64,000 nt of DNA from Gekko japonicus (lineage: Eukaryota): assembly GCF_001447785.1 (NCBI RefSeq), contig NW_015163136.1, positions 238,111-302,110 of the forward strand, written 5' to 3'. The number at the start of each line of letters is the position of its first letter. Position 1 is the stretch's first letter. A model generated the notes under the pieces. The model saw nothing but the letters and a program-made list of their open reading frames with translations. It ran no database searches and was not told the origin of the DNA. Positions 26,702-39,290 of this stretch are shown piece after piece. The translations under genes and the position numbers were made by a program.

Positions 26702-27949
26702 ACAAGACCTACCCACTCCCTCCCCAGAAGACTTTCTCCATTGGAAGAAGACTTATGGCCTGTGCAGTAGGTAGCACCTGGAGAATTCCTGCTGTTACAG
26801 TTATCTCCAGACAGCCAAAATCACTTACCTTGGAGAAAATGGACACTTTGGAGAGTGGACTCTATGACATTATACCCTGCTGATGTCCCTCCCCTCCCGA
26901 AACCCCTCTCTCCCCAGGCTCCACCTCCAAAATATCCAGGTATTTCCCAATCCAGAGCTGGCAACTAGTGTGTGGACTTACCATGTGAGGAGGGAGAACA
27001 GATACAAGCACACTGCTCCTCATCTCTTCACGATAGCTGAGTTGTCTGCACAGAGCAAACACATGGAGGAAGTGCCCACATGCAAACCCTGTGGTCAGCA
27101 ATGTTTGGGGAGCAACATCACTGATCATGGGGATGAGGCATATGTGCAAGTACATACTTGGTGCATTTGCACTATGCAGATGACTCAGTGATCATGTGGC
27201 AGGACCACCACACTCTTGCCCACTCTCCCTCACCATACAGGGAGTCAGCACACAGACAGGTCGTCTGCACAGGTCTTTAGTGAAAGGGGATCATAGGCTC
27301 CAAGTTGGCAGAAGGGGTACTGGATATAACTTGGTGGAATGGAGTCGTTGGATCAAACCTCTGAGTTTTCTTTAGAAAAAAACCCTTTTTTGTTGTATTC
27401 CAAAAATAAATAATACAACCTTTTCTGTTGTCATTCTGAGGGGGAAATTTATTATTTGCTTCATTTGTTCCAACAGCTAATCAGTCATTTATATAAGAGG
27501 AAACACTAGACAGCATATCACATTTCAGTTTTCATATAAATGAGTAACAGAAAATGTTGATTATCTGACTAGAATATGCTCACTCCCGTCCAAGTTTCCT
27601 GTCTTTTGTTTTCCCAGTAATATTTTACAGTATGCTGTCCTTCTCCCTGTTACTTGTTCCTCAGCTACTCTGCCTATTCCATCTCAAGTTTTTCCACAAA
27701 AATGCCCCAAAGAGCTGCATCATAGAAAGATTATCTTGTAGTTGTTTTCACTCACAGAGTTGTGACAGAAAGGGAAAGAAAAAAAAAGAGTGGAAGCAAA
27801 TGCTGAGCATGTATTGTTATATTTGCCAAAGCATCCAGGTGGTCCAACCATCATCTATTCTTTTAACCTTTTTTTATAAAATATGGTTGGGGATAAATCT
27901 TTTTTAAATGATTTGCACGGTTTGAAACTCAAAAGGCTTTAGGTTGCCA

Positions 27950-28237
27950 AATGTGCCATCTACTTACTGCCAAGGATTATGACATTTCTTAAAACTAGAA
28001 CTATCGTACCTGGTTGTGGGTGAGAAGTTATATAATAAAATAATCACTTGCTTATAATCTATAATCTATGATGGTGCTAATTGTGTTAGTCTTTTACTTT
28101 ATTCTATGATTTTTTATGTTGATGTTTGTGAAATGCTTCCCTATGTTTTCGGACTTGTTAGATATATTTGCATAGTCAACCTGTTAATCTTTGTTTTGTA
28201 TTTGGATTTCATTAATAAAATTTAAGATTTAAAAAAA
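27950..28237 (+). mobile_element. Probable L1-like 3' UTR end
   Basis: T-rich tract ending AATAAAATTTAAGATTTAAAAAAA. No coding remnant verified; 5' boundary approximate. Confidence 0.35.
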
Positions 28238-28257
28238 GAAGTTACAGAAAGGCAATG

Positions 28258-28792
28258 TGTTACAGTTCAGGTGGGGTGTCACCTGATGCTGCCACCACTC
28301 TGGATTTAGGATCCCTTGAGAAGGCCCAGAGCACCCTCCCAAGACCTTCAAACCTCCCTTTTGGCTGAATAATAAGTGTGAGTCCAGGCAGAGTACAACA
28401 AGGAAAAGGTTTATTTTATAGGAGGTCAAACAAACAAGGTGCAGAATAATAACAGTAAGTGGGTGAAAAGAAAAGCAATCAAATGCTCTAACGCGTCTAA
28501 ATATACTGTCCCTAGCTCACTATCTCAAGTGGCCTTAGACTACACACCCTTCCCTCAGGATGAGGGTTTCTTCCCCACAGCAGCCTCTCTTCTAGCTCTG
28601 TTCCCTGGGAAGAAGAACAGTTTTTCCTCTTGTACCAATTCTTATATTCCCCAGCACTCTTCTTCCCTATTGGTCAAAATCGGTGCCAAAACTTCCCAAG
28701 GCCTTCTGGGGATTGTATGTCCAGCCTCCCCTACTGCTAGCTAGGCTCCCTGGGCCTAGTAGGCCTCTGGTGGCACAGCCCAGATCATGACA
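28258..28792 (-). mobile_element. Solo LTR (535 bp)
   Basis: TGTTAC...ATGACA termini; perfect 5-bp TSD CAATG (28253-28257, 28793-28797); AATAAA on the minus strand at ~28410. Confidence 0.8.
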
Positions 28793-29245
28793 CAATGCAT
28801 AGTAGACAATCCACAGTACTGTAAATAGAAAAATAAGTTTTTCATTAAAAATATGTATTTATGTTTTATTTTAGCTACCTCTGTCACTGGTTTATCTAAG
28901 AATACGGAAAAGTCTAAGAATGCTGTATAACTGTACACCTGATCTTACAGAGGAGATGGAACACCATCTAAATTATATGCATGTGTGTAAGTCCTGCATG
29001 TCAACTTTATTTATACATGATCCTGAGGATGCGGGGGGAAGCAGAGGGGGAAACTGCTTTCCTGCCTTCTCTATATGGGCTCCTTACTACTTAAGATGAG
29101 AAAATTGTATCAACTGATAAATAATTATTTTAATAAAATATCTATAGCCCAATTTTTGCCCACACCAAATGGGAATCAAAGCAGGCAACAACATAAGTTT
29201 AAAAGCAATAATACACTAGTAAAAAAAAAAAAGAATCACTGCCAA

Positions 29246-30318
29246 CTAAAACTGGTTAAAATAACCGTATTTTGGTAGCTTGATTAATGAATGCTGAACG
29301 CAAAAATATTTCAGTGATTCTAGAAAATGCTCAGGCTTGGCCTTTGATGAATTGCAAGTGGAATGAAGTACTATAGTCATGGAGAAGTCAGGGACATTGG
29401 GTTAAATCTACATTAGTGTTTCATTGGTCAAGTCCTTGCACACGGCACAGCACAGTTTTCCAACCAACCACCTCCCGCAACAGCCTGATTTGCCCTTCAA
29501 ATCCTCCTCCTGGGATTCCCCCTCCCCTAGGCACAGGATTCCAGAGTGTCAGTATTCCATGTAATGTTAAGTCATGCTGTAGATCATAGGCATCTAACTG
29601 ACAGGAGCTGACAGCTCTAAGTGTTACAGGAGCTGACTCAAACTAGTTCCAGCTGGTCATTGCTAGAGCTAATTAGCACTGAGTCACAGTGACTCAGCAT
29701 TGGCTGTGATTGGCCAATGGATGTATATATTCAGTGAAGAACTGTAGTATTCATTCCTTCTTGGAATGCGAGCGCAGCGATTACCTAAAACTGTTTAAAA
29801 TAACCGTATTTTGGTAGCTTGATTCATGAATGCTGAACGCAAAAATATTTCAGTGATTCTAAAAAATGCTCAGGCTTGGCCTTTGATGAATTGCAAGTGG
29901 AATGAAGTACTATAGTCATGGAGAAGTCAGGGACATTGGGTTAAATCTACATTAGTGTTTCATTGGTCAAGTCCTTGCACACGGCACAGCACAGTTTTCC
30001 AACCAACCACCTCCCGCAACAGCCTGATTTGCCCTTCAAATCCTCCTCCTGGGATTCCCCCTCCCCTAGGCACAGGATTCCAGAGTGTCAGTATTCCATG
30101 TAATGTTAAGTCATGCTGTAGATCATAGGCATCTAACTGACAGGAGCTGACAGCTCTAAGTGTTACAGGAGCTGACTCAAACTAGTTCCAGCTGGTCATT
30201 GCTAGAGCTAATTAGCACTGAGTCACAGTGACTCAGCATTGGCTGTGATTGGCCAATGGATGTATATATTCAGTGAAGAACTGTAGTATTCATTCCTTCT
30301 TGGAATGCGAGCGCAGCG
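29246..30318. repeat. Near-identical tandem duplication, period 539 bp
   Basis: 29246-29779 is repeated at 29785-30318 and includes the left part of the solo LTR. Confidence 0.92.
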
Positions 30319-30471
30319 GAGCATTACGTCGCTCAGTATAATGATTTGGTGAGAGGCTTGTATAATAAACTGTATATTATTTGTACATAAGCCTGAGAGA
30401 CTCCAGTCTTTATTGGATATCCTTGCACCCATGTTTGGTCTGCAGTGGGCTAACACTGCCTAATACTGACA
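30086..30471 (+). mobile_element. Solo LTR (386 bp), probably Copia-related
   Basis: 10-bp terminal inverted repeat TGTCAGTATT...AATACTGACA; perfect 5-bp TSD CAGAG (30081-30085, 30472-30476). Shares motifs in order (GTGACTCAGCA, GATTGGC, TGTATAT, ATTCCTTCT, GGAGCA, AATAAA, CTGCAGTGGG) with the LTR at 59451. Confidence 0.85.
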
Positions 30472-30653
30472 CAGAGTCATATGAGGTTGCCATAAAAAGG
30501 GATCAGGAAAATCAAGAGCACAGAGGGAAACACTAGCATGGATCCAGGCCAACACTTCTTGCTCAGTGCAATCCTAAGAACACTTTCCTGGGGGTAAGCT
30601 TCATTGAACAGATTTGAGTTGGATTCTGAGAACTGCTCAGAATTGTTTTCTAT

Positions 30654-31155
30654 GGCTGCATTTAGACTGGCAATTTGGCCTGATGTAGCTGCATTCCCCT
30701 AATGGATTAAACCGACAGGGTCACACAGCCACATCTGTCAGCCATTCCCCAGTCATATTCACCCTGTTGTATGATGAGTTGGAAATGGAGTAAATAGACA
30801 CCACATAACCTGCGTTGCTTCTGGTCCCTCACACATTCATTGTGCATGGATGGATGTCTGAATGTAGGGGAGCACACACAGAATGGACTGGGAGTCTGAA
30901 CCTGCAGATCCGTTTCTACAACTGGGGGGGGGGTTGGAGTGTCTTCCTATATGCTCATATGTGCGTGCACCCACCTGCATTTTTTAAAAAGACTGGGCTG
31001 AGGTACGGCAGTAATGTGGATGCATGTCCACGGGATGGCCACGTGGGTGACCCACAGCAGGGTGTGCTGCCTGGTTGATATGCCCCACAATACTTCACAG
31101 CACTACAATTAGAGGTGGCACCATATTGCTCCAAGCCACCAGTCTGTCCACAGCC
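30654..31155. mobile_element. Possible PIF/Harbinger-like MITE
   Basis: Imperfect TIR GGCTGCATTTAGACTGG...CCAGTCTGTCCACAGCC flanked by TAT on both sides. Confidence 0.5.
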
Positions 31156-33347
31156 TATGTGTTCTTGTTGCTCAGCCTAATGTAAAACACAGTCTTTAGT
31201 AACTGAAGAGCAAATTCATTGCAGCATGTTCACTGTTTCTGCCTCACTGAATACTCTGTATTGCCGATAACATTGACCTCAGCAAAACAGTTGGACTTCC
31301 GGATCCGGTCTCAATGACAGAGGGTGTGAGGCAGTGAGCTCCTGCACCTTTTGATCCTTTTTCCTTTTACAAAGGCTGTCGAACGCCTCAAAAACCTCCT
31401 GTGGGGAGGATTTTGGTAGAGGACTTGTTAGTTGTAAGCATATGAGAGTGGCGACTCTCTCCGCTTAACTAAGTGTCCTGAAAACGGGAAGGAAAACCCT
31501 TGAGCGGACAAGACCTTTGAGTCAAGACGAGCCTTAAACCTGAAAAAAGTATTTTATATGCATAGATTACCTGCCTGCAAATGAGTCCACCCCCAGTGTG
31601 GTATACATTCAAGAAAGAAGCAAGTCTGAGACAGCAAGTCAAGCAAATATGTAACATGCAGCCTCATTCAAACACAGGTTATTCGACTGCAGCAAAAATG
31701 ACTGATTGAATGATCCAGTGAGAGACACAGCAGGAACAGCAGAAATTATCTACCTTGGATGTTGGTTGAAAGGAAGCAAGGGAGCAATGAATAACACAGA
31801 GAGACAGTGGGCAACCTCCTGTATCAGTGAGCTAATTTGGAGCTCATATATTCCTTTAATGTATTAATTTACTTGGGCATAAAATCTACTAATTCATCAC
31901 AATCCCTTTGAATGCAGCCTTGTACTGTCACTTGTGATCCAATATGTTTTATGAATGTATGCAAGCACATTGTTATGAAACTAATTATAAAAACAGGAAG
32001 GGAAGGAAGCCAACTTTTTTTTAGCATTGGTGGGTGGGTAAAACACAAATAGTTCAAGGGAGAGCAACACAGCGACATCTCCCTCCACTCAGGAGGCTGA
32101 TGTCCTTTTCACTTGTTTTATGCATATATGAAATTGTATTAATCTTAGAGAAGTTATCCCAGGATTACGCATATGTAGGCAAGATCAGATTCAAGAACAA
32201 GCAGGCACGTTACCTTTAGGCTGAGCTTGCAAAATATCTGTCAAATTCAGACAAATATGCCTCTATTAAATAAAATGTGTATGTACAGCACGCAAGCATT
32301 TGCTGTTTTCTGCAAAACAATGACACAGAACGTTAGCTCGATTAGTATGAAATAAACTGCACAAAGTATTTTACAGTGAATTTATTTTGACCCCATCTCA
32401 GTACATGATAGTTATTATGAAAAAATACAATATGAACAGCACTGCTATTTTTATGTTCATCCCTTTTTCTCCATTATTAGATCCCCACCTTCCTTCACTT
32501 TAATCTCAACTGGCTTAGTTTAATTCATGTTTGGTCTGATTATACAGACAACAAAGCAGTGATTTGGAATATAATGAACCAATATGGTATAATGATCACA
32601 GTACCAGATTACAACATGGAAGACCCATTTTAAACCACCCCTCCAGTATATAATGAACCTTTCTGTATGTTCTGGAGTCTATCACTCACCCTAACCTTCC
32701 TCATGGGGCTTTAAAAATAATTATTTGTAGCCTCCCTTTCTCCCCAATGGGGACTGAAAGCAGCTTACAGTATTCTCCTCTCCTCCATTTTATCTTCAGA
32801 ACTACCCTGTGAAGTAGCCTAGTTTGAGAGAGTGTGACTGGCCCAAGATCACTCAGTGAGTTTTCATTGAATTAGTGGGTCTCCCAGATACTAGACTGAC
32901 ACTTTTAACCACTACACCACACTGGCCCATACTGGCTTTTTTAAAGGTAAAATGGGGGAACCATGTATGGAACCTGTATGTACGGTTCCTTGGAGAAAGG
33001 GACAGCAATTAAGAAGCAAGAGTCCTACTTGAATATTGGTGATTCTGCATTGTTCTTTTATTTTAAAAAACCTTACAGATGTTTATAACTTAAAAATCAA
33101 CAGAAAACAAGACCTCAGTGTTGATGGTTTGGGGATTACAGCAACTTTATGGTAACCTGCAGGTGTGCTGGCTGAACAAGACTTTGCTATTTTGATGGCT
33201 CAGAATATCACCTGATTTTCCTTCTGTGATTGTAAACTGCTAGAGTTAATTCTCTGATGACATACTTTCCTATAAAAACTGAGCAAGTTTATACAATTTA
33301 TGCATCAGGAGCACATTACAATCAAATGCAAAAGCACTAAGTTCTAA

Positions 33348-33530
33348 GGGGAGTGGTGGCACAGTGGGTATATCCCACTGTCTTAACATCCGAACTGTGT
33401 CAGTTCGAGCCCCGCGCTGGTGTGAGCAGCCAGCCTGTCGTCCCCTGCTCATCGTCCACCCAGCGATTCGAAAGCCTCAGCGAGTAGATAAAATGGGAAC
33501 CACTCCTTAGAGAGGGTGGGCACACCGACT
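33348..33530 (+). mobile_element. tRNA-derived SINE related to Sauria SINE, running into a gap
   Basis: A box TGGCACAGTGG (33357), B box GTTCGAGCC (33403), TTCGAAAGC..GAGTAGATAAAATGGGAACCAC resembling the Sauria core. CpGs retained. Confidence 0.6.
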
Positions 33531-33750
33531 NNNNNNNNNNNNNNNNNNNNNNNNNNNNNNNNNNNNNNNNNNNNNNNNNNNNNNNNNNNNNNNNNNNNNN
33601 NNNNNNNNNNNNNNNNNNNNNNNNNNNNNNNNNNNNNNNNNNNNNNNNNNNNNNNNNNNNNNNNNNNNNNNNNNNNNNNNNNNNNNNNNNNNNNNNNNNN
33701 NNNNNNNNNNNNNNNNNNNNNNNNNNNNNNNNNNNNNNNNNNNNNNNNNN

Positions 33751-33857
33751 CTGACACACTTTCGGTGATGTCAGGGTGTGTGGCAAATGCAAATAAATTA
33801 TTCTAATGTGTTATGCTAATGAGCTCCTGCACCTCTTTTTCTACAAAATGACCCCTG
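33751..33857. mobile_element. hAT-like MITE end (same family as 3391-3730)
   Basis: GATGTCAGGGTGTGTGGC..TATGCTAATGAG..TTTTCTACAAAATGACCCCTG. Confidence 0.8.
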
Positions 33858-36554
33858 CAGACGAGTTTGGATTTGTTTTTTTAAAAAGGAATTCAGGGGA
33901 AGAATTTGGATTCTAACAGATACAAACCCTAAAAGAACCAGAAACTGATAGTCCCCAAACAGAAAATCAAATTATCTCTGAATGAACTCTCCATATGTGG
34001 AGTAGCAGCTTTATCATCTCTCTAATGGGTAAGGACAACTTTTCTAAACATCAGTGCAGATGTGAGATAAAATGCATGGTGAATGGTTGTCTGGGGTTCA
34101 TGTGCATTAAGGACAAAAAGCTCCACCTTTCACTAATAAGAATGTGATTTTGGAAATCAGCTAAAAAATACATGAACCAAACACTCTGTCCTTTAATATA
34201 ATTAATCTTATCACTTTAAAAAAAATCAGTGATCTCTTGATCCTTCACTGTCTGCTTTTCACAATTCAAGAGGCAAACAAAATGTGAGGGGAGACAGGGA
34301 CATATGCCAACTAAGACTTTCCCTGATGTGAATGGGGTTCTTCTTTCAGTATCACAGGACAAATTTCATATTTCTGGCTCCACAGGTAAGACTGCTTGGT
34401 TGAGGAACACCAACAAGTTTGATATGAGCAGCAACTGAAACGTCTTCTGCAGCAGTCTCTAAGCCCTGTTCTAAAACTAGCTAAGGTCATGCCATCTTAG
34501 AGCAAGTCCCTAACTTGACCTCTTCCCTGATGCTGCTCAATATAAGAGATTTGTCTAAATTTCAAATTCTATAACTACAAATTATTATGCTCAATTGCAT
34601 CACTCCATTCATCTGATGAGGGCCTTTTGAAGTTCTCCACCTGTAGTTGAATGCAGTCTCCCCCCAATCATGATTTAAACTTCTGTAGTCATAGCTTCTA
34701 TTTTATGGAAAAAAATTACAAGAGTGACGGTGTATTCTTAAAGATACTTTCCAGAGAGTAAGCCCCACTAAATAATAAGGGACTGCCTACTTGATTAGAT
34801 CAGATTCGTATGTTAGGAAAGACTCCACACTTTTGTCCTTCCATTGATGATTAAAAAAAAAGAATTGTTTAGGGAGGCTTTTTGTAAGCAATAGAATATA
34901 GTTGCATTTGTTTCTTTGAAATATTTTGTTTGTGATCTGCTTTGAGCCTTCTTGTAAAAAGGTGAAATGTGAATGTTGTTAAATAAATAAACTTGTTGTG
35001 CTCAGCTCTTGATAGGAAAACGGAGATAAAAACAAATGAATGATCATAAATACATGTGCCTCATAAGAACTTGAATGCAGAAATCCCTCTCATGTGATCT
35101 TTGCTTTCCCAAACAAGTGTGACTAATAAGAGCCTTCTATAGGCTTTAAAACATAACATTAAAAGTGGCACTCAGAATATGTTAAAATCCATTTTTAGTT
35201 CTCTCTTTCATCCAATTTTCCTTTTAATGTCACAGCTCCTCCTCCTCCTCCCTAACTTAATCCACCCTCCTCATTTATTGTAGTCCACAAAGACCTCTGT
35301 GAAACAAACTGACAAACCCATCCTTCCCTTGATCCATTCTAGCGCTTGGTGAGTTGGAGTAGTAAATCTTTCAGCAGATGGATTTGTCAGCCAATATTGC
35401 AACAGCAAAAGTGCCTTAAAGCAAGTGATTCCAAATGGATCGGAAGGAGGTTATCAACAATATAAAGAAGTTAACATTTTTTTTAAGTTACAACAATATG
35501 AAGTGCATTAGAAAGAATCAGGTCAGAGAAGCAAAAACTCAATTATAATCTCAAAAATTGAGATGGCAAAAACTCATCTGACCCATATATTTTGGCTCCA
35601 GCCCTCGTAGCTACATTTGTATCTGAAATTAGTTGCAACCAGAGATGTGCTGGCAGCAGAACACCTGCTCCCTCTTTCTACCCTTGGGTGACTAGAGTAA
35701 TTACCTGCTTTCTACCTGCCCTGGCTCAGAAGCTGTGAAATGTTTATGTCAAGTCAATCATTCTTACATTCGCAAGTGCCAAGTGATTGGCTTGGTAGTT
35801 TGAATTGCAGCATCCCTGCCTGACATACCTATTAGTAGCTTTGTTTCATTTTGAGCTCATGTCAGTTAAGCTGTCCTCCAGATGTTGGTGATATACTTGC
35901 CGTCTGAATCAGTCTGACATTTTCAGCTTGCAACCCAAGTTGCTGCCACTTGTTTTTCATACAGGATTCTTTTCATACAGTATATTCACTTAGGCCACAA
36001 ACAGCAAACAATGTGTTAAAATTGGTGGGGGGGGGGGGCCTCCAGCAGAAAAATATGGACAAGGAGTTGCCAGAGTGGATCTTTCCCTGCCTTTGCCCAC
36101 CCACCCCTTGAATGAAACACATACCCATCAGATGGGTTATACTGGGTATTTATGTACAAGCTGATCTGCCTCAATTACATCCAATTAAGCTCGGGTTATC
36201 TTATGCCTGCGAAGCAGGCTTCCTCAGGGCAAACCCACCCTGGCTCAAAGCCATGTCTGGATTCCTTCCGTATCCTGCTCGTCATGGCCCGCATGTCATA
36301 TGCATAGAAGAGATGTGGGAGCCCACCCCAGCACATGACTGTAAATCCTTAAGGCTTGACGTACACTCCCCCATCCCCAGAGAGGCCCCAAGCCTGGGCG
36401 TCCCAGACTGCTAAGCCACTAGGCACCCAGCCTGAGGATCCCGCTTATCGCTGATATCTAGGGGTGCTTGCCAACACAAATAAACCTCCCTCAACCTGTG
36501 CTTTTCCGCCACTGAGGGAGGTTAGCCTTGGCTTAACTCCCCTCCCACCACACC

Positions 36555-37106
36555 TCAGACTAGGTCTTGAAGACCCTCCTGCAGATCAGCCAAAAATATA
36601 TCCATCCCCGTGACTGACAAGTGAACTCCATCTGTCCGGAATAGTTGCGGGCACCTAAATTGGATCCTGGGGTGCTGAATTAGTCATCCCCCACCTGCGA
36701 CGACAGCTGCTCCAATGACATTGCTAATCCATCGCTGAGCCTTGTCCACCTTCAGTGGGCAGTACACTCCCCTCCATACCCGCCAGGGCAGCAGATCGGA
36801 TCAGACCCACAGGACATCTGGGAACCACTGCTTAAGCGTCCCCAGATCTTTCAATGCCTCATCCAACAGGGAGACCGCTGACCTATTGCCCAGGTCATTT
36901 TCGCCCAAGTTTACGACCACGACCTGGGGAGTAGCTCCCGTGGACCGGCGACTATGAAGCAGAGACAGCAGGTGGCCCCAACACATTCATCTCTTCCCCA
37001 GCCATTCAACAGAGGCCCTGTTTCCGGTGCCTAGCTGGGAACCGATGCTGGTGCAGCTGGCCCTCCTTCCTTCCCAATACACAATGGAGTGCCCACAAAT
37101 CAAAAC
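36555..37106 (-). pseudogene. SGNH/GDSL hydrolase ORF of YR element 2
   Basis: VLICGHSIVYW (block I), WLGKR*MCW (block II region), VNLGENDLG (block III), DGVHL (block V); ends ADLQEGLQDLV*. Confidence 0.87.
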
Positions 37107-37743
37107 GCACCGGGCACAACTCCTCCTTCGAGTTCTGGTGCAGCGTAACCGATTGCCCACGTCCTCTCTGATCCGTCTTGGACTGCCTGATCTGTAGGGT
37201 AACAGACTCGCTCCCCATGCTCACATCCATCGTTAGCAACGACCTTCCTCTTTCATCCCAGTGGGACCTGACCAGCAGTTCACTTATTTGGAATGCTCCA
37301 AAGAAGGCCACCAGCGGGGTTACCCTAAACAGTCTAGCCTCCCCTTGTGACATGCAGATGCCTCTGAAGGAGCAGACTAGTGTTCTTATTATGTTTGGTG
37401 TGAAAGGTTGCCTGGTGTCCTGGGCAGATGGTGTCTCCTTAACCCGGGTTTCCATCATGCGACGTAGCCAAAAATCCCCCGTGTCCTCCTGCAGCCCCCG
37501 CGCCTTTGACTGGAAAGCGACCACCGCTATATATCCTTTAATGGTGCGGACAGCTAAGTGTTTTTTCCTTAAGACAACCGTGAACTGTAGCTGGTACTCA
37601 GTGGGCACCGGCCAGAGCTGGTCGAGCCATGAATCCAACCTGAACTTGTAGAAGACCTCCAGGTGCCTCTTGTATGCTACCGTCATATCTGGCACTAAGG
37701 TAGCTTCCACGGCCCGCTCAACCTCTCTTTGCCAAGGTCCCAT
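37107..37743 (-). pseudogene. Tyrosine recombinase of YR element 2, C-terminal catalytic part deleted
   Basis: DTRQPFT, VAFFGAF(R>Q)ISEL, IRQSKTDQRGRG, LCPV, then directly the SGNH start. No HxxR or Tyr box. Confidence 0.87.
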
Positions 37744-39290
37744 AGAGCCTCCGGCATCGCCTCCGATTCCCTGTACGCCCCTGGAGCTAGCTCCCAGAAT
37801 CGTTCCACCTGGAAGCGAGACAAGGCATCTGCAATGCTGTTATGTATGCCGGGCACATGCTCCACAACTAACAAGATGTTATAACGCAAGCAACGCAGTA
37901 CGAAAGCCCGCACCAGCCGCATGACCCTGTGGAATTTTGATGTCAGCTTGTTGATCACCTACACCACCACCTGGTTATCACACCAGAATTTGACCACGTT
38001 ATCCCATAATTGACTGTGCCACAGGTGGATCGCTACCACCATTGGGAAGAATTCCAAAAAATCCAAATCCCTCTTAAGGCCGGACTCCACCCATGCACGA
38101 GGCCAGCGATGTGTGCACCAGCTCCCTTAAAGAAGACCCCGAACCCCAGGGCCCCGGACGCGTCTGAGGAGATCTGCAAGGAGGCCTCTAGTAGCATGGA
38201 GCCCCGCCAAAAGGAAACCCCATTGTACCCCTTCAAAAAGTCCAACCACATGTAGAGGTCAGCTTTGATCCCTCCCAACACTCGCACCCTGTGTCGAGGT
38301 AGCGAAACCCCATTAAGGCAGTCACAGATCCGACGGATAAATGCCCGCCCCGGGGCCACCACCCTGCATGCAAAATTCAAATGGACTAGTAGCGTCTGCC
38401 ATTCTTGCAAGGCCATGCTCCTCCGAGAGCATGCTTGTTCAAGCAACGTTACCAGCCAAGCTTGTTCAAGCAACATTACCAGCCGAGCCACCTTATCATC
38501 AGGCAGGGCGCACAGCTGCCTCTCGGTGTTGATTAAAACTAGTGGCCGAACCTTCGGTCTTCTCATGAGCCAAGGGGACCCCCAGTTCCACTGCCAGGTT
38601 CTGAAAAAGATCCATAAAACTCCAACACTCATTAGTCCCCGCCCGTCCCACAAATAGGAAATCATCTAGATAGCGAGTCACCCCAGTGAGGCCTGCCCTC
38701 TGTTTGACCGCCCATTCCAGAAATGAGCTGAAGACCTCAAATGCAGCACAGGAAATCGAAGAGCCATGTCATAGTAGAACTGGCCTCCAAAAGCGAAGCC
38801 CAGTAAGTCAAAGTTTCCCGGGTAGATTGGCAAGAGGCGGAAAACTGACTTAATGTCACATTTTCCCATGAGCGCACCCAGCCCACAACGAGCCACCAGT
38901 CGCACAGCGCTGTCAAATGATGCATAGTGTACTGTGGATAGCTCGCCTGGCATCCCATCATTCACCGATCTCCCGTGAGGATATGATAAATGGTGGATGA
39001 GCCTGTAGTCTCCTGGGGCCTTTTTAGGCACAACTCCCAATGCGGAAATGCGGAGCGTCAGCATAGGAAGCTCCAAGAAAGGGCCCGCTACCCTACCTTC
39101 CCGGACTTCCTTGTCAATTTTCTGCCACACAACTCCTTCCAACCCCTTCACCGAATTCAAATTCTTGGCCATGGTGTGTGTCCTATCACCCTCAAAAGGA
39201 ATGTGGAACCCCTCCCGGAACCCGAATGCCGCCACCTTCCTGTAGGGGTACTCTCACAACCAATCGCGTAATACGTCAAGCTTGATTGGG
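37695..39290 (-). pseudogene. Reverse transcriptase + RNase H of YR element 2 (frameshifted)
   Basis: GFHIPF, ALGVVPKK..YRLIHHLSYP, DIKSVFRLLP, YLDDFLFVG, HLNFACRVVAPGRAF, SDASGALGFG, WCDN, HVPGIHNSIADALSR. Confidence 0.92.

Noticed and set aside
26475-26770. Poly-His and poly-Asp ORFs
   Set aside because: Translations of a (GAT)n microsatellite next to a SINE.
34350-34385. Plus-strand 36-nt exon candidate (also ~8721-8946 and ~56264-56276)
   Set aside because: Splice-like signals only, with no consistent chain or recognisable peptide; expected by chance in 64 kb.
37178-38657. Plus-strand ORFs of 80-157 aa over YR copy 2 (similarly minus ORFs over Copia)
   Set aside because: Antisense shadows of TE coding sequence with no motifs of their own.
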